Assembly (NCBI GenBank): GCA_022709525.1
Contig: JAKLIQ010000001.1
Coordinates: 338,679-402,678, forward strand
DNA: 64,000 nt
Direction: 5' to 3'
Source: Candidatus Omnitrophota bacterium
Lineage (GTDB): Bacteria > Omnitrophota > Omnitrophia > Omnitrophales > Aquincolibacteriaceae
The notes beneath the pieces are model-generated. The model saw only the letters and a program-made list of their open reading frames with translations, was not told where the DNA came from and searched no databases. Shown here piece after piece: positions 55,179-64,000 of this stretch. Every line of letters starts with the position of its first letter. Position 1 is the first letter of the stretch. A program made the position numbers and the translations under genes.

Positions 55179-56888
55179 ATGAAAAAAACAGCCAAGAAGC
55201 CCGCCCGGGCGACCTTTAAAAAGCCCTCTGCGTCTCATTCCAAGAGCAAGTCTCCGTCCGTGAAGCCCGCAAGAACCAAAAAAGCGGAAACCGGCAAAAA
55301 GGCCGCATCCTCTCTGTCGAAAGCGCAAATTGAAATCATTCAAAAGTTGATCGCGGTCGGGAAAAAGCAGGGTTTTATCACCCTCGAGCAGATGAAAAAG
55401 CGCTTGCCTGCGGACATGAATAATCCGGAGAAGGTGGAAGAAGTCATTGCTGCCTTGAATGAGAAGGGGATCGAGGTCAATAGCGGCGGCGTGAACGATC
55501 AGGCCAAACCCGCTTCCGACGCCATTCAGGATGTTGAGGTCAAAAAAGGCAAGGATTCCGAGCTCGAAGAGGATGCGGCGGTCGAAGAATACGAGCGGGG
55601 CCGCATCGATGATCCCGTCCGGACCTACCTCCGGCAGATGGGTCAGATCTCCCTCCTTAACCGCGAGCAGGAGATCGAGATCTCCAAGAAGATTGAAGCT
55701 TGCGAAGAAGAGCTGAAGAAAGCGGTCTATCAGACCAAGGCCGCCCGTTTTGAAGTGCTGGAGCTCGCCAAAAAGATCCTCGACGGCCAGATCCAGCTCG
55801 AGTCGATCATTGAGGAGGATCAGGAAGTCAAGATCCAGACGATCAAGCGGAAGCTCCAGATGCTGATCCGTAAATTCCGCGCATCCCGGAAAAAGTCCAA
55901 CGTTGTCGAGCTATTGCTTCAATTCAATCTGAATATCGCGATCGTCGAGCAGATCATCGCGAACCTTCGCGCCAAGCTCCGCGAGCTGAAAAAGAACCGG
56001 GACGAGATTAAAAAGCTTCGCCGCAGCTCCGTGCGCGGGAAGATCGGCCAGATCGAAGAGCGGAACCGCCAGATCCTCAAAGAATTCGGCGAACCGGAGG
56101 ACAAGCTTCACGAGCATTTCAAGATGATCGTCCGCAAGGAATGGGAGCTTACGAAGGCCAAAAAAGCGCTTGTGGCCGCGAACCTCCGTCTTGTGGTAAG
56201 CATCGCTAAAAAATACACGAACCGCGGTCTTTCATTTCTGGATCTGATCCAAGAAGGCAATATCGGCCTGATGAAAGCCGTTGATAAATTTGAATACAAG
56301 CGCGGCTACAAATTCTCCACTTACGCGACTTGGTGGATCCGCCAGGCCATCACGCGTTCCATCGCTGACCAAGCGCGGACGATCCGCATCCCGGTCCATA
56401 TGATTGAAACGATCAATAAATTCTTCCGGGCCTCCCGTCATTTGGTTCAGGAAACAGAGCGTGAACCGACCCCGGAAGAAGTGGCGCAAGTCATGCGGAT
56501 GCCGGTTGAAAAAGTGAAGGGGATCCTCAAGATCGCCCAAGAGCCGATCAGTCTTCAGACGCCGATCGGGGATGAGGGGGATACGAGTTTTGGGGATTTT
56601 ATCGAAGATAAATCGGCCGTTTCTCCGGCGAATGCGACTGCCTACAGCATGCTCAAGGAACAAATGGATGACGTGCTCCTGACGCTTACGGAGCGGGAAG
56701 AAAAAGTCCTGCGCCTCCGCTTCGGGATTGGGGATGGTTATCCGAGGACCCTTGAAGAGGTCGGGCATATCTTTAACGTGACCCGCGAGCGCGTCCGTCA
56801 GATCGAAGCCAAGGCGCTCCGGAAATTGCGTCATCCGACGCGGTCGCGGAAATTGAAGAATTTTCTGGATATTAAGCTAAGCGAGTAA
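55179..56888 (+). CDS. rpoD: RNA polymerase sigma factor RpoD (sigma-70)
   Basis: Region 2 ([37 protein letters not shown]) and region 4 ([29 protein letters not shown]). Start set at the MKKTAKK Met after the dnaG stop. Confidence 0.9.
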   Translation: MKKTAKKPARATFKKPSASHSKSKSPSVKPARTKKAETGKKAASSLSKAQIEIIQKLIAVGKKQGFITLEQMKKRLPADMNNPEKVEEVIAALNEKGIEVNSGGVNDQAKPASDAIQDVEVKKGKDSELEEDAAVEEYERGRIDDPVRTYLRQMGQISLLNREQEIEISKKIEACEEELKKAVYQTKAARFEVLELAKKILDGQIQLESIIEEDQEVKIQTIKRKLQMLIRKFRASRKKSNVVELLLQFNLNIAIVEQIIANLRAKLRELKKNRDEIKKLRRSSVRGKIGQIEERNRQILKEFGEPEDKLHEHFKMIVRKEWELTKAKKALVAANLRLVVSIAKKYTNRGLSFLDLIQEGNIGLMKAVDKFEYKRGYKFSTYATWWIRQAITRSIADQARTIRIPVHMIETINKFFRASRHLVQETEREPTPEEVAQVMRMPVEKVKGILKIAQEPISLQTPIGDEGDTSFGDFIEDKSAVSPANATAYSMLKEQMDDVLLTLTEREEKVLRLRFGIGDGYPRTLEEVGHIFNVTRERVRQIEAKALRKLRHPTRSRKLKNFLDIKLSE

Positions 56889-56955
56889 TAGAATCCCTTC
56901 AGCTCGGGCTCTTTTTGGACGATAGTCTGGTTGTTAAAAACCTTATCGAGGTTGT

Positions 56956-57360
56956 ATGGCCGAAAAGAAAAAATGCGTTTTAGTCATTGATGACGAAGAC
57001 GATGTTTGCCAGATCATCAAAGAGAAGTTCGAACATTTGGGTTACCGGGTCCTGACCGCCAATGACGGCGCGGAAGGATTCCGGAAGACCGAAGAAGAAA
57101 GACCCGATTGCGTTCTTCTGGATATCCGTATCCCGAAAGGGGAAGACGGATTGACCTACCTTCGCAAAGTCCGCTCCTACCGGCATGACGATCTCCAGGA
57201 GCAGACCCGCATGCGGAAAACCCCTGTGATCATGCTGACCGGCGCTGGCGCTACCATGCAAACGCTCTTCGAGCTCGAGGGGATCAGCGGTTTTATCGAA
57301 AAACCCTTTGATCTTGCCAATCTACAGGGCAAGGTCGAAAGCGTTCTCCGGACCCGTTAA
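56956..57360 (+). CDS. Single-domain response regulator (receiver)
   Basis: KKCVLVIDDEDDV...CVLLDIRIP...VIMLTGAG...EKPFD. 134 aa. Confidence 0.75.
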   Translation: MAEKKKCVLVIDDEDDVCQIIKEKFEHLGYRVLTANDGAEGFRKTEEERPDCVLLDIRIPKGEDGLTYLRKVRSYRHDDLQEQTRMRKTPVIMLTGAGATMQTLFELEGISGFIEKPFDLANLQGKVESVLRTR

Positions 57361-57517
57361 ACGGGCTCCTCCCTCCTCATTGTTGATTGCAATTCCTTCT
57401 TTTCTTCGCTATCCTACTTTCGTTCTGCGGCAGTTCTGAGTCCGCAGTTCAGAGTCCGGAGAAAAAATAACCAGGGTCAGCTCCCGACTCTGAGCTCATA
57501 ACTCCGCGCCGTTCCTT

Positions 57518-57591
57518 GGGCCTATAGCTCAATCGGTTAGAGCAGAGGACTCATAATCCTTTGGTTGGAGGTTCGATTCCTCCTGGGCCCA
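57518..57591 (+). tRNA. tRNA with CAU anticodon (elongator tRNA-Met or tRNA-Ile2/lysidine)
   Basis: 74-nt cloverleaf GGGCCUA-UA-GCUC-AAUCGGUUA-GAGC-A-GAGGA-CUCAUAA-UCCUU-UGGUU-GGAGG-UUCGAUU-CCUCC-UGGGCCC-A. The anticodon stem lacks the three G-C pairs and the C1:A72 mismatch of initiator tRNA. CCA is not encoded. Confidence 0.85.
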
Positions 57592-57668
57592 CTCGTTTTC
57601 ATTCTTGACACTTCTTGCCGGCGAAAAGTAGACTTGTGTCGCTTAAGGTGGCCCACGGAAAGGGTTTT

Positions 57669-58022
57669 ATGAAAAAGATCGCGTTTTTAATGCTTCTTGT
57701 TTTTTCAACCACGGGTTTTTCTTCTTGCGCTTTTCGTTCCGCGCAGCGCAATTTCGGGCCTTATTCCGAAGCGGAAAGTTTTTATAAAAAAGGAAATTAT
57801 CCTGAAGCGATCGAGAAGTATCAGGAGTATCTTGCCGGACATCCGCAAGGAAACATGGCCGCTATTTCGGAATATTATATCGCCAAAAGTTACGCCGCTT
57901 CAGGCGATACGGTCAAGGCCCGCGAGGCTTATGAGCGGGTGGTACAGCTTTATCCTGAAACAAGTTGGGCGGAATTTTCTAAGGATCAGTTGGATCGTTT
58001 GCAGGGCGCCCCGCAAACTTAA
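57669..58022 (+). CDS. Small TPR-like lipoprotein
   Basis: Signal peptide with lipobox MKKIAFLMLLVFSTTGFSSC, then TPR-like helices (FYKKGNYPEAIEKYQEYL...YYIAKSY...AREAYERVVQLYPET). Candidate promoter ttgaca at 57604. Confidence 0.6.
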   Translation: MKKIAFLMLLVFSTTGFSSCAFRSAQRNFGPYSEAESFYKKGNYPEAIEKYQEYLAGHPQGNMAAISEYYIAKSYAASGDTVKAREAYERVVQLYPETSWAEFSKDQLDRLQGAPQT

Positions 58023-58054
58023 CGGGGCGATCGTTCTTTGATTTGAAGCAGGTT

Positions 58055-58456
58055 TTGAGAAGGTCTTCTTGGATGACCGCGCACAGATGATGAGAGCAGG
58101 ATACGACCTGTCCGACGCTGTGGGAGGAAAGTCCGAGCTTCACAGGGCATCGTAGTGGGTAACGCCCACCTTTCGGTTTCTTCGGATTCCGGAACGGATC
58201 AGAGCCACAGAGACGAGGCCTTGTCGTGAAAACGGCAGGGAGTGAAACGAGGCAATCTCTACGTGAAGAAAGGCTAAATAAGGTGAAGACCTGCCGTATG
58301 AGGCAGGGGGAACGGCCCGTTCCTACCGCGTTGCAAAATACGGACTTCACCGGGTCAGCCGACCGAGGCCTGCAGTAATGCAGGCCCTAGATAGATGGTC
58401 ATCTCCCGCCCTTAAAAGCGGGGACAGAACTCGGCTTATAGAGAAGGCCTTCTCAT
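58055..58456 (+). ncRNA. rnpB: RNase P RNA (bacterial type A) with a terminal hairpin and T-run
   Basis: Universal P4 region gGGAGGAAAGUCCGagcuucACAGGGCa...GGUAACGCC. 3' consensus cuagauagauGgucaucuCc...gACAGAACuCGGCUUAu. P1 pairs gagaaggucuuc (58057-58068) with gagaaggccuucuc (58441-58454), followed by uuuuuuu. Confidence 0.85.
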
Positions 58457-58591
58457 TTTTTTCTCAGTTTTTGAACGCTTGACAAAGCGGGCGGAAGCGA
58501 GTATCCTTCCCCAGCTTTGAATCCTTTTAAGACGGCGCGAGACGCCGACAAAGGTGGAAAAAATGGATCATAAATTAGAACTCTATAAAGG

Positions 58592-58618
58592 CCCTGCACA
58601 GACGTGCGGGGTTTTTTT
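58592..58618 (+). terminator. Hairpin plus U-run abutting the pyrR start codon. Candidate pyr attenuator/terminator.
   Basis: ccctgcac-agac-gtgcgggg followed by ttttttt and then the ATG. Candidate promoter ttgaca(58487)-N17-tatcct upstream. Confidence 0.4.
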
Positions 58619-59163
<545 letters not shown>

Positions 59164-59167
<4 letters not shown>

Positions 59168-60105
59168 CGAAAACCCAATGGAAAAGAAAAGATCTTCTGG
59201 GATTACGGGATCTTTCAGCCGAAGAGATCGAGCTGATCCTGGATACGGCGAAATCCTTCAGCGAAGTCTCGCAGCGCGAGGTCAAAAAAGTCCCGGCCTT
59301 ACGGGGCAAAACGGTCGTCAATCTCTTCCTTGAACCGAGCACCCGCACGCGCGTTTCCTTCGAGCTTGCCGAAAAACGCCTCAGCGCCGATACGATCGGC
59401 ATGACGAGCAGCGGTTCCAGCATGACCAAAGGGGAATCGCTTTGGGACACGATCGCCAATATCGAGGCGCTTAAAGCCGACCTGATCGTGATGCGCCACG
59501 CTTCTTCCGGCGCGCCGCACCGGATCTCAAACTATACCAAATGCGGGATCGTGAACGCGGGCGACGGCATCAATGAACATCCGACGCAGGGGCTTCTTGA
59601 CATGTTCACGCTTCGTGAACTCAAGGGCAAGATCAAAGGCCTTAAGGTGGTTTTTGTCGGCGATATCCTGCACTCGCGGGTGGCGCGGTCCAATGTCTGG
59701 GGTTTGACGAAGCTTGGGGCCGAAGTGGTGATCTGCGGTCCGAAGACCCTTGTGCCGTGGGGCATCGAGGAACTGGGTGTAAAGGTGGTTCACGATGTCA
59801 AAAAAGCGATCGACGGGGCTGACGCCGTGACACTTCTCCGCATCCAGATGGAGCGGCAGAACGAGACGCTTTTCCCGAGCATCCGCGAATATGCCAGCAC
59901 GTTCGGGCTGAATCTGGAACTCTTCAAACTGGCGAAGCCCGATGCCATCCTGATGCACCCGGGGCCGATCAACCGCGGCGTTGAGATCGAGAGCGCGCTC
60001 GCCGACAGCCCGCAGTCCTATATCCTGAAGCAAGTCACGAACGGGATCGCGGTGCGCATGGCGGTTCTCTACCTTCTGAGCGGAGGGATGAAAAATGAAG
60101 AATAA
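59164..60105 (+). CDS. pyrB: Aspartate carbamoyltransferase catalytic subunit
   Basis: Carbamoyl-phosphate-binding motif STRTRVSFE; HPGP and HxLP motifs. 313 aa. Confidence 0.9.
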
Positions 60106-61396
60106 ATTGAACGGTCAGTCGGTTCGGAACCTGATCATCCGCAACGCGCATATCATTGATCCTGCCAACGGGATCAACGAAGTCATGGATCTGCATATTA
60201 AAAGCCACAGGATCGTGAAATGGGGCAAAGACCTTGCGGCCGAAGAAGCTGAGATCCTGGACGCCAAAAAACTTCACCTTCTTCCCGGCCTTATCGACAT
60301 GCACGTCCACTTCCGCGAGCCGGGTTACGAGCATAAAGAAACGATCGAGACCGGGGCGCTTGCGGCGATCGCCGGCGGATTTGTCGGTTGCGTTTCCATG
60401 CCGAACACCAAACCGGCTTGCGATAACGCCCAGGTCGTCAAGTATCAGATCGAACGCGCGAACATCATCAACTTCAATCTCTTTCCGGCCGGAACGCTGA
60501 CGCAGGGCCGGGAAGGGAAGAAGATCTCGGAAATGGCGGAGATGAAAGCCGCCGGAGCTGTTGCCGTGACCGACGACGGGAACTGGGTCTTTGATTCCGG
60601 CGTTGCGCGCCGGACCTATGAATATGCCGCCACTTACGGGCTTCCGATATTGTCGCATGCCGAAGACCAGACGATCGCTTTAAACGGCGTCATGAACGAA
60701 GGGATCGTTTCCACCAAGCTCGGGCTTCGCGGCCGTCCGAACGCTGCCGAAGATATCGCCACGGCCCGCGATATCGAACTTGTGCGTCTTATCAAATGCC
60801 AGCTCCACTTTCAGCATGTTTCGACCCGCGGGGCGGTCGATATGATCCGCCGCGCAAAGGCGGAAGGGCTTCCCGTGACGGCGGAAGCGACGCCGCACCA
60901 CATCGCCCTGACTGACGCGGAATTCCTGCGTTACGACACTTTTTACAAAATGAACCCGCCGCTACGGACCGAAGAGGACCGGCAGGCGGTGCTTAAAGGC
61001 CTTGAGGACGGGACGATCGATGTGATCGCGACCGATCACGCGCCGCATGCCTTTGAAGAAAAAGATCTTGATATCGAACAGGCGCCTTTTGGTACGATCG
61101 GGCTTGAATCGGCTTTCGGGATCGCCATGACCGAACTTTATCACGGGCGGAAGTGGAAGCTCGAAGAGATCGTGAAAAAAATGAGCCTTGTGCCGGCCGA
61201 GATCCTGAAAAAACAGAATTTCGGAAGGCTCAAGACGGGAGAGCAGGCGAATTTTGTTCTAGTCGACGTCAACAAAGAATGGACCTTCTCGGAAGAAAAT
61301 GTCCACTCAAAATCCCTTAATTCCTGCTTCTACGGGAAAAAACTTAAAGGGAAAGTCCTCTACACGTTCGCGAAGGGCTACCAGTACGCGCTTTAA
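60095..61396 (+). CDS. pyrC: Dihydroorotase (multimeric type)
   Basis: Metal-binding motif [15 protein letters not shown]...DHAPH. 433 aa. Confidence 0.88.
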   Translation: MKNKLNGQSVRNLIIRNAHIIDPANGINEVMDLHIKSHRIVKWGKDLAAEEAEILDAKKLHLLPGLIDMHVHFREPGYEHKETIETGALAAIAGGFVGCVSMPNTKPACDNAQVVKYQIERANIINFNLFPAGTLTQGREGKKISEMAEMKAAGAVAVTDDGNWVFDSGVARRTYEYAATYGLPILSHAEDQTIALNGVMNEGIVSTKLGLRGRPNAAEDIATARDIELVRLIKCQLHFQHVSTRGAVDMIRRAKAEGLPVTAEATPHHIALTDAEFLRYDTFYKMNPPLRTEEDRQAVLKGLEDGTIDVIATDHAPHAFEEKDLDIEQAPFGTIGLESAFGIAMTELYHGRKWKLEEIVKKMSLVPAEILKKQNFGRLKTGEQANFVLVDVNKEWTFSEENVHSKSLNSCFYGKKLKGKVLYTFAKGYQYAL

Positions 61397-61445
61397 CCAA
61401 TTATCAGAGAAAAGACTCATAACTTAAAAACCAGGGGAGAAAAGT

Positions 61446-64000
61446 ATGCCAAAGCGAACGGATATAAAAAAGATTCTGATCATCGGTTCGGGGCCGATCA
61501 TCATCGGCCAAGCCTGTGAGTTTGATTACTCGGGAACCCAGGCATGCAAAGCATTGCGCGAAGAAGGTTATGAGATCGTGCTCGTGAATTCCAATCCCGC
61601 GACCATTATGACCGATCCTGGCGTTGCGGATAAAACTTATATCGAACCTCTTACCGTCGAAAGCTTGACCGATATCATCGAAAAAGAGCGTCCGGACGGC
61701 CTTTTATCGAATTTGGGCGGGCAGACGGGATTGAATCTTTCAAGCGAGTTATATAAGCGCGGGATCCTGAAAAAATACAATGTTGAGATCATCGGGGTTA
61801 AAGCCGACGCCATCGAACGCGGGGAGGACCGGGAGGTTTTCAAGCGGACGATGCGAAGTTTGGGGATTGAAGTGCCGCAATCTGAGACCGCTAACACGAT
61901 CGAAGAGGCCGAAGCCATTGCCAACAAACTTCAATATCCGGTGGTGGTGCGTCCGGCCTATACCATGGGCGGCACAGGAGGGGGAATCGTCTATAATCGA
62001 GAAGAACTTTATACGGTCGCGGCCCGGGGCCTGAATGCCAGTCTTATCCATCAAGTCCTTATCGAAGAAGCGGTGATCGGCTGGGAGGAGCTCGAACTTG
62101 AGGTCGTACGTGACGCCAAAGATCAGAAAATCACTGTTTGCTTCATTGAAAATATCGATCCGATGGGCGTCCACACGGGTGATAGTTTTTGCGCGGCCCC
62201 TATGTTGACGGTTTCAGAAGCCCTTCAGAAAAAAATGCAGGATTATTCCTACCGAATTGTTGACGCGATCGGCGTTGTGGGCGGAACCAATATCCAATTC
62301 GCTCACAATCCCAAAACGGGAAGGCTGGTCGTGATCGAGATCAACCCCCGGACGTCGCGTTCAAGCGCGCTAGCATCAAAGGCAACGGGCTTTCCTATCG
62401 CGCGTGTTTCCACCAAGCTTGCCGCCGGGATCACCATGGACGAGCTTCCTTACTGGCGCAAAGGGACTCTGGAAAAATATGAACCTTGGGGCGATTATGT
62501 GGTGATCAAATTCGCTCGATGGGCTTTTGAGAAATTCCCTCAAGCGCGCGATATTCTCGGGACCCAGATGAAGGCCGTCGGCGAAGCGATGTCGATCGGG
62601 AAAACTTTCAAGGAAGCGTTTCAGAAAGCCATCCGGTCCCTTGAGATCAAGCGTTATGGTCTAGGCGGAGCTAAAAATTTCAAGGAGCTTGAGCTTGAGG
62701 AATTGAAGAAACGGCTTACGGTCCCTTCAAGCGAACGGGTCTTTTTAATGTATGAGGCCTTGCGAAAAGGCGCGTCGACGGATGATCTGCACCAGTTGAC
62801 GCATATCCATCCTCATTTCATCAATGAAATGAAAGAGCTTGTGGAGTTCGAGGAAAAGATCGCCAAGGTCGGTTGGAAGAGGCTTTCGCCCGAACTTTTT
62901 CTTCAAGCCAAGGAATTCGGTTTTTCAGATCGCTATTTGGCCGGGATCTTTCAAATCGGCGAAAAAGAGGTGCGTGAAAAACGTTTAGCTCTCGGCAAAG
63001 TTGCCGCTTACTGTGCGGTGCCGGTCAGCGGCGTCGACAACGCGGCTTATTATTACTCGACTTATATCGGTAAGGACGAAGTGCCGGTTTCAAAAAGCCG
63101 GAAGGTCATGATCCTGGGAGGCGGTCCGAACCGCATCGGACAAGGGATCGAATTCGATTATTGCTGCTGCCATGCGGCTTTCGCGCTTAAGGAAGAAGGA
63201 TTCGAATCCATCATGATCAACTGCAATCCCGAAACGGTTTCGACCGACTATGATACTTCCAATAAGCTCTATTTTGAGCCTGTCACGGTTGAGGACGTGC
63301 TCGCAATCTACGAAAAAGAAAAGCCGGAAGGCGTGATCGTACAGTTCGGCGGGCAAACGCCGCTCAATGTCGCCAATGAGCTGAAAGCGAACGGCGTCAA
63401 GATTCTGGGGACGACCCCTGAAAGTATCAACTTGGCTGAGGACCGCGAACGGTTCCGGGAAGTTATGATCAAGCTGGATATCCCGCAACCGGAAAGCGGC
63501 ACCGCCCGGTCCCTTGAGGAAGCGGTCAGGATCGCTGCCGGCATCGGTTATCCGCTGATGGTGCGGCCGTCCTACGTGCTCGGCGGCCGGGGTATGGAAA
63601 TCATCTACGACGAAACCATGCTCCGCCGTTATGCCGTGGAGGCCATTCAAGTGAGTCCCGAACATCCCATGCTGATCGATCGGTTTTTGGATCAGGCGAC
63701 TGAATGCGAAGTCGACGCCTTAAGTGACGGCACAGATGTTTTTATCGGATCGGTTATGGAGCATATCGAATACGCGGGGATCCATTCCGGGGATTCGGCT
63801 TGCGCCATTCCGCCCCGCACGATCAAGCCAACCCATCTAAAAACGATCGAAGATTACACCCGGAAGATCGCCAAAGAACTCGCGGTGGTGGGGCTTATCA
63901 ATGTCCAATACGCCATCTGCAATGACAAGGTTTATATTCTGGAAGCCAATCCGAGGGCCTCGCGGACGGTCCCAATCGTTTCTAAAATGACGGGAGTCTC
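61446..64000 (+). CDS. carB: Carbamoyl-phosphate synthase large subunit (partial; continues beyond the window)
   Basis: MPKRTDIKKILIIGSGPIIIGQACEFDYSGTQACKALREEGYEIVLVNSNPATIMTD. Both ATP-grasp halves are visible. Frame is open to base 64000. RBS aggggag precedes the ATG at 61446. Confidence 0.9.
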   Translation, partial: MPKRTDIKKILIIGSGPIIIGQACEFDYSGTQACKALREEGYEIVLVNSNPATIMTDPGVADKTYIEPLTVESLTDIIEKERPDGLLSNLGGQTGLNLSSELYKRGILKKYNVEIIGVKADAIERGEDREVFKRTMRSLGIEVPQSETANTIEEAEAIANKLQYPVVVRPAYTMGGTGGGIVYNREELYTVAARGLNASLIHQVLIEEAVIGWEELELEVVRDAKDQKITVCFIENIDPMGVHTGDSFCAAPMLTVSEALQKKMQDYSYRIVDAIGVVGGTNIQFAHNPKTGRLVVIEINPRTSRSSALASKATGFPIARVSTKLAAGITMDELPYWRKGTLEKYEPWGDYVVIKFARWAFEKFPQARDILGTQMKAVGEAMSIGKTFKEAFQKAIRSLEIKRYGLGGAKNFKELELEELKKRLTVPSSERVFLMYEALRKGASTDDLHQLTHIHPHFINEMKELVEFEEKIAKVGWKRLSPELFLQAKEFGFSDRYLAGIFQIGEKEVREKRLALGKVAAYCAVPVSGVDNAAYYYSTYIGKDEVPVSKSRKVMILGGGPNRIGQGIEFDYCCCHAAFALKEEGFESIMINCNPETVSTDYDTSNKLYFEPVTVEDVLAIYEKEKPEGVIVQFGGQTPLNVANELKANGVKILGTTPESINLAEDRERFREVMIKLDIPQPESGTARSLEEAVRIAAGIGYPLMVRPSYVLGGRGMEIIYDETMLRRYAVEAIQVSPEHPMLIDRFLDQATECEVDALSDGTDVFIGSVMEHIEYAGIHSGDSACAIPPRTIKPTHLKTIEDYTRKIAKELAVVGLINVQYAICNDKVYILEANPRASRTVPIVSKMTGV

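Noticed and set aside
56889-56955. Terminator after rpoD
   Set aside because: cagctcgggctcttttt has only a weak, imperfect stem. It is not convincing enough to annotate.

Overview
This 64-kb window is a gene-dense bacterial chromosomal segment (diderm: lpxA and lpxD present; about 55% GC by eye). Almost every gene in it is housekeeping, and it contains no CRISPR array, rRNA, transposase or phage gene. Two things do not fit an ordinary core region.

(1) A single 12.7-kb ORF (1999..14721, 4240 aa) has a signal peptide, two internal transmembrane clusters, a Pro/Tyr-rich segment and a reiterated R-S-E-x-R motif. Its central part is visibly more AT-rich than the rest of the window.

(2) A dispersed family of nested-palindrome repeats is built from the 8-mer GGGACTCG and its complement CGAGTCCC. 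It is often joined to CAGACCA-type heptamer runs. Copies sit in intergenic positions after genes, where they end in a T-run and look like terminators. Copies also sit in frame, without stop codons, inside the giant ORF and inside the gldG-like gene. This resembles the Rickettsia palindromic element phenomenon.

Other calls worth a second look:
- RNase P RNA and a tRNA(CAU).
- A complete late menaquinone module: ubiD-ubiA-ubiX-mqnA-mqnC/E-menG.
- A pyrR-pyrB-pyrC-carB block with no carA.
- A promoter-plus-terminator-defined transcript of about 85 nt upstream of a guaB3-like/guaA operon, followed by a structured leader.
- A YugP-family protein whose HExxH catalytic motif is replaced.
- A 210-bp imperfect palindrome between the divergent lpxA and the giant gene.

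Strand calls (+ strand unless stated):
- fabF 3' end.
- lpxA (-).
- giant ORF.
- tyrS.
- gldA/F/G-like ABC system plus a DUF4340-like protein.
- yggS, proC, yggT.
- purine nucleoside phosphorylase.
- ileS.
- GAF histidine kinase with a receiver.
- GAF/HD-GYP protein.
- dksA-like gene.
- lspA, lgt, rluD.
- YugP-like protein.
- mqn/ubi cluster.
- ridA, CPBP protease, mrp/apbC, folE.
- lpxD (-).
- SurA-N-like chaperone (-).
- guaB3-like gene, guaA, dnaE, hup, csp, rsmE.
- MiaB-family methylthiotransferase.
- cvpA, dnaG, rpoD.
- second receiver protein, tRNA, TPR lipoprotein, rnpB.
- pyrR, pyrB, pyrC, and the carB 5' part.

All the long minus-strand ORFs that lie inside these genes are treated as shadow ORFs.
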